Assembly (NCBI RefSeq): GCF_030681155.1
Contig: NZ_JAUXXE010000042.1
Location: 19,638-83,637 of the forward strand
Source: Phenylobacterium sp.
Lineage (GTDB): Bacteria; Pseudomonadota; Alphaproteobacteria; Caulobacterales; Caulobacteraceae
DNA: 64,000 nt
Direction: 5' to 3'
Shown: piece by piece, positions 1 through 7,354 of the stretch
Layout of the letters: every line of letters begins with the position of its first letter
Numbering within the stretch: position 1 is the first letter of the stretch
Program-made: the position numbers and the translations under genes
The notes under the pieces: model-generated
Databases searched by the model: none
Told to the model about the DNA's origin: nothing
What the model saw: the letters and a program-made list of their open reading frames with translations, nothing else

Positions 1-622
1 TGTCGACGCCCACCACCTGGTCCAGCGGCGAATGCAGGATCAACAGCGGCTTCTTCATCGTCGAGATCGCTTCGCGCAGCGAGCGGCGGCGGACGTCCTC
101 GACGAACTGACGCTTGATCGTGAAGGTCTTGAGACCCAGCACCACCTGCGCCTCGCCTTTCTCCTCGATTTCCTGAAGGCTGGCGCCGAGGTGATGCAGC
201 ACATGGCTGGCGTCGGCCGGCGCGCCGATGGTGATCACCGCGCGCACCTCGGCGATGTCCTTGGCGACGGCCAGGACCGCAGCCCCGCCCAGCGAGTGGC
301 CGATCAGCACCGAGGGCGCCTGATAGTGATCGCGCAGATAGTCGGCGGCCGCGATCAGGTCGGCGGTGTTCGAGGTGAAGTTGGTCGAGGCGAACTCGCC
401 CTCGCTCGATCCCAGGCCGGTGAAGTCGAAGCGCAGCACCGCCACGCCCTGCCGCGCCAGGTCCGCGGCGATACGCCGAGCCGCCATCAGGTCCTTGGAG
501 CAGGTGAAGCAGTGGGCGAACAGGGCGAAGGCCCGCACCGGCCCGTTCGGCAGGTCGAGGCGGGCGGCCAGGATCGCGCCGGAATGACCGGGAAATTCGA
601 CGCGTTGAGCGGTCGCGGGCAT
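1..622 (-). CDS. alpha/beta hydrolase, partial (C-terminus beyond the window edge); not in the supplied ORF track
   Basis: My own minus-strand translation from ATG 622-620 (GGAGA about 7 nt upstream) gives MPATAQRVEFPGHSGAILAARLDLPNGPVRAFALFAHCFTCSKD...SVLIGHSLGGAAVLAVA. It has a GHSLGG nucleophile elbow and the frame stays open to position 1. Confidence 0.8.
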   Translation of the reverse strand, partial: MPATAQRVEFPGHSGAILAARLDLPNGPVRAFALFAHCFTCSKDLMAARRIAADLARQGVAVLRFDFTGLGSSEGEFASTNFTSNTADLIAAADYLRDHYQAPSVLIGHSLGGAAVLAVAKDIAEVRAVITIGAPADASHVLHHLGASLQEIEEKGEAQVVLGLKTFTIKRQFVEDVRRRSLREAISTMKKPLLILHSPLDQVVGVD

Positions 623-661
623 GGTCGTTCTCCGCTTAGTCGATACGTGGGGCGTCGTTCG

Positions 662-1759
662 TCAGGCCGCCTCTGGCCTGCGCCGCCGCACCCGCGCCAA
701 ACGCCGCAGCTTGCGCCAGAAGCGAGTCTTTTCCGGTTCCGGATAGGGCTGCAGATTGCGCACGAAGTCCTCGGCGCAGGCGCGCCAGGAGAAGCCTTCG
801 GCGAAGGCCCGCACGACCTTGCGATCGAGCTTCAGGCATTCCAGGCAGGCCTCGCGCAGGCCCTCGGTTGCGCTGTGGGCCAGCACCCCGGCGCCCGAGC
901 CCGGCAGGATGTCGATGGGGCCGGGGGCAGGATAGGCGGCCACCGGGATGCCGGCGGCCATCGCTTCCAGGATCACCAAGCCGAAGGTGTCGGTCAGCGA
1001 GGGAAACACGAACACGTCCGCGCAGGAGAAGTGCGCCGCCAGTTCGTCGCCGAACTTCGCGCCGGTGAAGACCGCCGCGGGGTAGCGCTCCATCAGCTCT
1101 TCGCGCTGCGGACCATCGCCCACCACCACCTTGGTGCCGGGCAGATCGAGGCCCAGGAAGGCCTCGATGTTTTTTTCAACCGCGACCCGGCCGACGGACA
1201 GGAAGATCGGCCGCGCCAGGCCCTCAAAGATGTCGGGCTCGTCCTCGCGCTTGGGATGGAACATCACGGTGTCGACGCCGCGCGACCAGACCGAGATATT
1301 GCCAAAGCCGTGGTGCTCGAGCTCGGTGCGCATGGTCGGGGTGGTGACCATCATGCGGCCCGACGGCTTGTGGAACCACTTCATGTAGGCGTAGCCGGCG
1401 GCCAGCGGCAAAGGCAGGCGGGCCGAGACATATTCGGGGAAACGGGTGTGATAGCTGGTCGTGAACGGCAGCTTCCACTCCACGCAGATGCGCCGCGCCG
1501 CCAGGCCGAGCGGCCCCTCGGTGGCGATGTGGATGGCTTCGGGCTCAAAGGCCTTGAAGCGTTCCTGCACCGGCTCGTGGGCGGCCAGCGCCACCTTGAT
1601 CTCCGGATAGGTCGGCAGCGGGAAGGTCTTGAACTGGTCGGGGCTGATCACCTCGACCGAGTGGCCCAATTCCTTCAATTCGCCGACCACGCGGGTCAGG
1701 GTTCGGACCACGCCGTTGACCTGCGGCTCCCAGGCGTCGGTGACCAGCAGGATGCGCAT
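662..1759 (-). CDS. GT4-family (GT-B) glycosyltransferase, Agt-like candidate glycosyl-diacylglycerol synthase
   Basis: These are the C-terminal 366 codons of ORF 662-2092, from ATG 1759-1757: MRILLVTDAWEPQVNGVVRT...FPSLTDTFGLVILEAMAAGIPV (EX7E-type motif). It lies directly downstream of the plcP-like gene on the same strand. Confidence 0.75.
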   Translation of the reverse strand: MRILLVTDAWEPQVNGVVRTLTRVVGELKELGHSVEVISPDQFKTFPLPTYPEIKVALAAHEPVQERFKAFEPEAIHIATEGPLGLAARRICVEWKLPFTTSYHTRFPEYVSARLPLPLAAGYAYMKWFHKPSGRMMVTTPTMRTELEHHGFGNISVWSRGVDTVMFHPKREDEPDIFEGLARPIFLSVGRVAVEKNIEAFLGLDLPGTKVVVGDGPQREELMERYPAAVFTGAKFGDELAAHFSCADVFVFPSLTDTFGLVILEAMAAGIPVAAYPAPGPIDILPGSGAGVLAHSATEGLREACLECLKLDRKVVRAFAEGFSWRACAEDFVRNLQPYPEPEKTRFWRKLRRLARVRRRRPEAA

Positions 1760-2062
1760 CGGCCGGTGGCCGTTTTCATGCGGCGCGGTGATGGCGTCGC
1801 GAATGCGGGTCGAGGGGCGGGCGGGGCTCAGCGCCTGCGCCTGAAGCCAGGCCCAGAAGGCCCCGAGTAACGCTTCCTTAGTGGGGAAATGGCGATAGAC
1901 CGTCCGCTCGCCGACCTCGGCCTCGGCGGCGATCTCGGCGAAGCTGAGGTCCTCCAGCGGTCCGGATTCCAGCTTGCGGGCCACCGCATGCATGATCTGG
2001 TCCTGGGTCGCCTGCTTCTGGCGGTCCCTCAGGCTCGAGGTGTAGCGTGTCGGCGGTATCAT
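1760..2062 (-). pseudogene. TetR-family N-terminal HTH domain only, in frame with the downstream glycosyltransferase (remnant or true fusion)
   Basis: The first ~95 codons of ORF 662-2092 read ...DQIMHAVARKLESGPLEDLSFAEIAAEAEVGERTVYRHFPTKEALLGAFWAWL, a typical TetR HTH. No ligand-binding domain follows and there is no stop before Met112 of the GT. An ATG lies at 2062-2060; the annotated ORF start at 2092 is TTG. Confidence 0.45.
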
Positions 2063-2117
2063 GACAGTCACGCTGTCACCAAAGCAGCGCAACTGTCAAT
2101 GAGGCCTATCCCCTAGT

Positions 2118-3002
2118 TCAAGCCGCGGCCGGGTGTCGCAGCGGCTCCAGCACCGGCTCCAGCGTCAGGTCGGACAAGGGTTCGAGCGCGCCGATCGTCC
2201 GATCGATCGCCGACCACGATCGCAGCTTGGCCCACTCCAGGATCTCCAGGCGGCCGTCCTCGTGCTCGACCAGGGCCGAGCAGCTTTCCACCCAATCGCC
2301 GTCGTTGATGTAGGCGATGCCGTCGATGTCGCGCATCTTGGCCTTATGGATGTGGCCGCAAATCACCCCGTCGACGCCGCGCCGACGGGCCTCGTCGGCG
2401 ACGGCGGCCTCGAAGTTCTCGACAAACTGGAGGGCGTTTTTGACGCGGGTCTTCAGGAAGGCCGAGAGGCTCCAATAGCCGAAGCCTAGTCGTCGCCTCG
2501 CCCGATTGAACAGCGTGTTGGCGGCGATCAGCGCCCGGTAGGCGTAATCCCCGACGAAGGCGAGCCACTTGGCGTGCTGGACGACGCCGTCGAATTCGTC
2601 GCCATGCAGGACCAGGAAGCGGCGGCCGTCAGCGGTCTCGTGGATCGCATCGCGAGCGACGACCACGCCGCCGAAATGGATGCCGATGAACTCTCGGATC
2701 CGGTCGTCATGATTTCCCGGTACGTAAACCACCCGCACGCCCTTGCGGGCCATGCGGAGAATTTTCTGCACCACGTCGTTGTGGGCCTGCGGCCAATACC
2801 AGCCTGAGCGTAGCTTCCAGCCATCGACGATGTCGCCCACGAGGTAGAGCGTATCGCACTCAATATGCCGGATGAAATCCAGCAATAGTTCGGCTTGGCA
2901 GCCCTTCGTGCCCAGGTGCACGTCGGAAATAAACACGGTCCGGTATTTGCGAATGGTCAGATCAGTCATTCCGTGCCCCCTCGGCTGCGGAGAACTGCTC
3001 AT
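2118..3002 (-). CDS. plcP: LpxH-like calcineurin-fold metallophosphoesterase, PlcP-type phospholipase C candidate
   Basis: Motifs are FISDVHLG, YLVGDIVDGW, VPGNHDD and LHGDEFD. A glycosyltransferase lies immediately downstream. The more likely start is ATG 2969-2967 (MTDLTIRKY), preceded by GAGGGGG; the 3002 start has no SD. Confidence 0.65.
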   Translation of the reverse strand: MSSSPQPRGHGMTDLTIRKYRTVFISDVHLGTKGCQAELLLDFIRHIECDTLYLVGDIVDGWKLRSGWYWPQAHNDVVQKILRMARKGVRVVYVPGNHDDRIREFIGIHFGGVVVARDAIHETADGRRFLVLHGDEFDGVVQHAKWLAFVGDYAYRALIAANTLFNRARRRLGFGYWSLSAFLKTRVKNALQFVENFEAAVADEARRRGVDGVICGHIHKAKMRDIDGIAYINDGDWVESCSALVEHEDGRLEILEWAKLRSWSAIDRTIGALEPLSDLTLEPVLEPLRHPAAA

Positions 3003-3016
3003 CGGTTAGGCTGATT

Positions 3017-3044
3017 GCATGTCATTCTCATGAAAGCGCACGTG
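3017..3044 (-). promoter_or_regulatory. Pho-box-like direct repeat upstream of plcP (weak candidate)
   Basis: The minus strand reads CTTTCAT-GAGA-ATGACAT. These are two 7-mers with a 4-nt spacer, matching CTGTCAT at 6/7 and 5/7, about 50-65 nt upstream of ATG 2969. Confidence 0.2.
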
Positions 3045-3122
3045 GCCCTTTTGTCGCCTCAGCTTTTGAATTAATGGTTTGGGAAGGCCGACCCTCCCCA
3101 GGTCTCCCGAAAACAAGGTCCA

Positions 3123-3758
3123 ATGGACGCCCGAACCTATCCTGCGAAGGAGACGCCGAAGTCTCGGCGTACCCGTGCGCGAATTCTCGACGCCGCCATG
3201 CGGTTGTTCGCCGAGGTCGGCTATCACGCCGCCACCAACGCCATGATCGCGGACGCCGCGAATCTGACGCGCGGCGCCATGCTCTATCACTTCGCCAGCC
3301 GCGAAGAGCTGGTCGAGGCGGCGGTGAGTCATATCGAGGTCGAGCGCGCGCGTCTGTTCGAGGCCGCCGCGTCCGGTCCGGTCGCGCCCGGCGTAGACGC
3401 CGCCGAGCAGGCGATCGACGCCTACTGGGCGCTGCTGCACGAAATCCCGTTCATCGCCTTCGCCGAGCTAGAGGCCGCCGCCCGCACCGACGCCATGCTG
3501 CGGGCCCGCCTGGCCAACGCGCAGAGCGCCTTCGACCACAATCAGGTCGGCGACCGCTTCCTCGCTCTGGCTCAGGCCGGCGGGGATCCCCGGTTCCAGA
3601 CCAGCCGCGATCTGGGACGGTTCCTGCTGGAAGGCCTGGCGCGCGGCGCCATGACCTTCGACGAGCAGGCCCGCAAGGAGCGCCTGCTGACCGTGGTCAA
3701 GCGCGCGGTGCGCGTGCTGAACCGCAAGGGCGACGTCCAGGAGCTGTGGCCGGACTAG
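3123..3758 (+). CDS. TetR/AcrR family transcriptional regulator
   Basis: The N-terminal HTH reads RTRARILDAAMRLFAEVGYHAATNAMIADAANLTRGAMLYHFASREEL. The protein is 211 aa and is divergent from plcP. Confidence 0.9.
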   Translation: MDARTYPAKETPKSRRTRARILDAAMRLFAEVGYHAATNAMIADAANLTRGAMLYHFASREELVEAAVSHIEVERARLFEAAASGPVAPGVDAAEQAIDAYWALLHEIPFIAFAELEAAARTDAMLRARLANAQSAFDHNQVGDRFLALAQAGGDPRFQTSRDLGRFLLEGLARGAMTFDEQARKERLLTVVKRAVRVLNRKGDVQELWPD

Positions 3759-3764
3759 TTTCTT

Positions 3765-3880
3765 GGATCCTCCCCCGCTGGGGGAGTTGGCGCGCGCAGC
3801 GCGACGGAGGGGGCGTGCGACAGAAGTCAAAGTCCCCTTCAGTCAGCTTTGCTGACAGCTCCCCCAGAGGGGGAGCATCG
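3765..3880. repeat. REP/BIME-like palindromic intergenic element, family 1, copy 1 (units tail-to-tail, GATC ends outward)
   Basis: It reads GATCCTCCCCCgctgGGGGGAG...CGCGCgcaGCGCG...GGAGGGGG then CCCCTTCagTCAGCtttGCTGAcagCTCCCCCagagGGGGGAGCATC. Related copies are at 15321, 21711 and 45462. Confidence 0.85.
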
Positions 3881-3903
3881 GCCTCTTGCTTGAGCGCGGT
3901 GGC

Positions 3904-5649
3904 TCACCCCACCTTCTCAGCCGCGATCCAGGCGTCGATGCGGCGCTCCAGCAGGTCCAGCGGCATGGGGCCGTCCAGCAGCATCGCGTCGTGGAAGCGG
4001 CGGATGTCGAACTTGTCGCCCAGTTCGGCCCGGGCCTTTTCGCGCAGGGCGATGATCTTCATCTCGCCGGTCTTGTAGGCCAGCGCCTGGCCGGGCCAGG
4101 AGACATAGCGGGCCAGTTCGACCTCGATGTTCAGCGGCGATAGCGCCGTGTTGTCGGTGAAGCAGGCGCGGGCCTGGTTCAGGCTCCAGCCCTTCCAGTG
4201 GATGCCGGTGTCGGCCACCAGGCGGCAGGCGCGCCACATCTCGTAGGACAGCCGCCCGAACCGCTCATAGGCGTTGCGATAGATTCCCATCTCGCCGCCG
4301 AGTTTCTCGGCATAGAGACCCCAGCCCTCGATGAAGGCGCTGACATCGGCCTCGCGGCGGAACATCGGCACGCCCTGCGCCTCCTGGCTGAGCGCGATCT
4401 GCAGATGATGGCCGGGCACGGCTTCGTGCAGGGTCAGGGCCGGCAGCTCATAGAGCCCCCGCTGGTCGAGCTTGTAGGTGTTGACCATGTAGCCGCCGGC
4501 GATCCCCAGTTTTGGATTGCCGGAGAAATAGCGGCCGGTCGTGTAGTCGGCCTCGACGTCGGCGGGGACGGGCCGCACGCCGTAGGTCAGGCGCGGCAGG
4601 GTGGCGAACCAGGCTGGGAGCTGGTCGTCGATCCGCTTGGCGATCTCCGAAGCCTTCTCCAGCAGGTCCTGGCGCGAGGTGGCGTAGAACTGAGGATCGG
4701 TGCGCAGGAAGGTCTGGAAGGCGGCGAAGTCGCCCTTGAAGCCGGTCTGGGCGATCACGCCGTCCATCTCCCTGCGGATCCGCGCGACCTCGTCGAGGCC
4801 GTTCTGGTGGATCTGGTCAGGGGTCAGCTTGGTGGTCGTGTGGTTCTCGACCAGCCAGGCATAGTAGCGCTCGCCGCCGGGCAGGCTGCGCGCCCCAAGC
4901 TGCTTCCGGCTGGCGGGCAGGTACTCGGTTGCCAGGAAGGTCGCGAACTCGGCCTGGGCCGGGCGGATCTTGTCGCGGACGACGGCGAGGGCTTCGGCCT
5001 GTAGGGCCTCGCGCTCCGCCTGGGGGATCGAGGTCGGCAGTTGCTCCAGCGGCGCCAGCATCGGGTCGCCCGCGAGGGGCGCTGCGGCCTGGGCCTTGGC
5101 GCGGGCCAGCACCTGCTCGCTCGTGCTGCGCGGCTGGGTGAAGCCCGACTTGATCCCTCGCCGGGCGTTGACGATCTCGGCGCGGTAGTAGGCCGGGACT
5201 GCGTTCAGACGGTCGATCCAGGCCTGCCCATCGGCCAAGGTCCGCATCGGCGTGGATGAGGCCAGGTAGCTGATGGTCCAGTCGAAGCCGTCGTCGGAAC
5301 TGAAGGGCATTCGGGCTTCGTCGAAAGCCAGGCGCTGAATCTGGCGCTCAAGCGTCCACTCCAGGAACTCGCGGTTCAGCTCGGCCGGGGCTGAAAGCTC
5401 GCTGGGTTTGATCGCGGCGAGCTGTTTCTGAAGTTCCTTCAGCCGTTTGGACCGGGCGACATCGGCGGCCAGGCTGGGGTCCGGCAGTCGCGACAGGGCG
5501 GCGCGATCGCCTTGGCTGCTGGCCAGGAGCGGGTCCTGCGACAGGCTGTAGGCTTCATAGTCGGCGACCAGCTTGTTCAGTGCGGCGTCATCGGCGAGCG
5601 CTGGCGTGGCGGCCAGGCTGAGGATGATGGCGAGAGGCGCGAGCCGCAT
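3904..5649 (-). CDS. DUF885-family secreted protein (metallopeptidase-like HExxH)
   Basis: It has a signal peptide MRLAPLAIILSLAATPALADD and the motif LHEAVPGHHLQ. It is 581 aa with an ATG at 5649. Confidence 0.8.
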   Translation of the reverse strand: MRLAPLAIILSLAATPALADDAALNKLVADYEAYSLSQDPLLASSQGDRAALSRLPDPSLAADVARSKRLKELQKQLAAIKPSELSAPAELNREFLEWTLERQIQRLAFDEARMPFSSDDGFDWTISYLASSTPMRTLADGQAWIDRLNAVPAYYRAEIVNARRGIKSGFTQPRSTSEQVLARAKAQAAAPLAGDPMLAPLEQLPTSIPQAEREALQAEALAVVRDKIRPAQAEFATFLATEYLPASRKQLGARSLPGGERYYAWLVENHTTTKLTPDQIHQNGLDEVARIRREMDGVIAQTGFKGDFAAFQTFLRTDPQFYATSRQDLLEKASEIAKRIDDQLPAWFATLPRLTYGVRPVPADVEADYTTGRYFSGNPKLGIAGGYMVNTYKLDQRGLYELPALTLHEAVPGHHLQIALSQEAQGVPMFRREADVSAFIEGWGLYAEKLGGEMGIYRNAYERFGRLSYEMWRACRLVADTGIHWKGWSLNQARACFTDNTALSPLNIEVELARYVSWPGQALAYKTGEMKIIALREKARAELGDKFDIRRFHDAMLLDGPMPLDLLERRIDAWIAAEKVG

Positions 5650-5799
5650 GATCAGTTCACCTGTGCAATGGAACGGCCAAGCTGGCGCCCCGGGGTTCTG
5701 GCGCCAAGGGCAATTTCAGCTAACGTCCTGGCTCGGCTTCGCGAAGAATCACCGTGTTCCATAGAAGGCGGCGCCGATCTGCATTGTCGGGGGAATTCG

Positions 5800-7206
5800 A
5801 TGAGCTTCGTGACGCGCCGCAAGCCGGTCGAGCCCCCAGCCAGCCACGGCGAGCACAGCCTGATCCGTACTTTGGGCTGGCCGCATCTAATGGCGCTGGG
5901 CGTCGGCGCCATCATCGGCACCGGGATCTACACCCTGACCGGCGTGGCGGCGGGCCTAGCCGGGCCGGGCGTCATTCTCTCCTTCGCCCTGGCCGGGGCG
6001 GTCTGCGCCTTCGCCGCGCTCTGCTACGTCGAGATGTCGACCCTGATGCCGCAGGCCGGCAGCGCCTACGCCTATTCCTATGTCGGCATGGGCGAGTTGA
6101 TCGCCTGGGTGGTCGGGTGGAGCCTGATCCTCGAATACACCGTCGTCTGTTCTACCGTTGCGGTCGGCTGGTCGGGCTATGCCGGCGGATTGATGCAGCA
6201 GGCGGGCTGGAACATGCCGGCGGAGTTCTTGGCCGGTCCCCACGCGGGCGGAATCGTCAACCTGCCGGCGGTCTTCATCACCCTGGCGGTCACCTGCCTG
6301 CTGCTGGTCGGCACCCGCGAAAGCGCGACGGTCAATTTCATCCTGGTGCTGGTGAAGTTGGTGGCGCTCAGCGCTTTCGTCGCGCTCACCCTGCCGAGCT
6401 TCAATCCCGAGCACTTCCACCCCTTCGCGCCGTTTGGGTTCGGCGCTCAGATCGGACCGGACGGCGTCAAGCGCGGGGTGGCGGCGGCGGCCGGCATCAT
6501 CTTCTTCGCCTTCTACGGCTTCGATGCGATCTCCACGGCGGCGGAGGAAGCCAAGGACCCAGGCCGCGACCTGACCATCGGCATCATCGGCTCGATGATC
6601 GCTTGCACCGCCATCTACATGATCGTCGCGGCAGCGGCGCTGGGCGCCTCGCCGTTCGAGGTGTTCTCCGCCAGCCCCGAACCCTTGGCCTTCATCCTGC
6701 GCGGCCTCGGCCATCCGCAAGTCGCCGCTGTCGTCGCCGGCGCGGCGGTCGTGGCACTGCCGACGGTGATCATGGTCTTCATGTTCGGCCAAAGCCGGAT
6801 CTTCTTCGCCATGGCGCGCGACGGCCTGCTGCCGCGCCGGCTGGCGGCGGTCGGCGCGCGCGGCGTGCCGGCCCCGGTCGTCATCCTGACCGGCGTGGTC
6901 GCCGCGGTGATCGGGGGCCTGCTGCCGCTGGGCGAGATCGCCGCCCTGGCCAACGCCGGCACCTTGCTGGCCTTTATCGCCACGGCGGTCGCGATGATGG
7001 TGCTGCGCCGGCGTTCCCCGAACTTGCCGCGTCCGTTCCGCACGCCGCTGTGGTGGCTGGTCGGGCCAATGGCGGTGGCGGGCTGCCTCTATCTGTTCTC
7101 GACCTTGCCGGTCTCGACCATCGTCAACTTCCTGATCTGGAACGCGATCGGGGTGGTGGTCTACTTGCTGTACGGCCGGGTCAGGAGCCGGTTGGCGAAC
7201 GCCTAG
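5800..7206 (+). CDS. APC-superfamily amino acid permease
   Basis: From the internal ATG at 5800 it reads MSFVTRRKP...GWPHLMALGVGAIIGTGIYTLTG, with about 12 hydrophobic segments. The upstream part of ORF 5512-7206 overlaps the DUF885 gene and its promoter region. Confidence 0.85.
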   Translation: MSFVTRRKPVEPPASHGEHSLIRTLGWPHLMALGVGAIIGTGIYTLTGVAAGLAGPGVILSFALAGAVCAFAALCYVEMSTLMPQAGSAYAYSYVGMGELIAWVVGWSLILEYTVVCSTVAVGWSGYAGGLMQQAGWNMPAEFLAGPHAGGIVNLPAVFITLAVTCLLLVGTRESATVNFILVLVKLVALSAFVALTLPSFNPEHFHPFAPFGFGAQIGPDGVKRGVAAAAGIIFFAFYGFDAISTAAEEAKDPGRDLTIGIIGSMIACTAIYMIVAAAALGASPFEVFSASPEPLAFILRGLGHPQVAAVVAGAAVVALPTVIMVFMFGQSRIFFAMARDGLLPRRLAAVGARGVPAPVVILTGVVAAVIGGLLPLGEIAALANAGTLLAFIATAVAMMVLRRRSPNLPRPFRTPLWWLVGPMAVAGCLYLFSTLPVSTIVNFLIWNAIGVVVYLLYGRVRSRLANA

Positions 7207-7354
7207 CGGCTTCCTGGATGACAGCCATGGGCGCCGCGCCTAGAGTCTGCTTCGCCTACTCCCCTGGCGATCGTGCCAAGCAAGAGCCTCGCCCGTATTC
7301 AAGGGTGGGCCGGGGGCAGGCCGGCGCGCATTCATCGCGCCTTGGGGAGCGATT

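Noticed and set aside
32-1870. A 612-aa ORF on the + strand, the longest ORF at the left edge.
   Set aside because: It is antisense to the hydrolase and glycosyltransferase genes. The translation is Arg/Gly/Ala/His-rich low complexity with no recognisable motif. The opposite strand carries clear family signatures (GHSLGG, GT4 EX7E). It is a typical high-GC shadow ORF.
7207-7354. A possible guanidine/ykkC-type riboswitch upstream of the MATE efflux gene. Also possible riboswitches upstream of purE (20031-20116) and folE (29022-29152).
   Set aside because: I could not find the conserved cores I remember (ykkC GGGA/ACGR loops, ZTP, THF). These leaders are short or lack the expected helices. An Infernal/Rfam scan would be needed to be certain.
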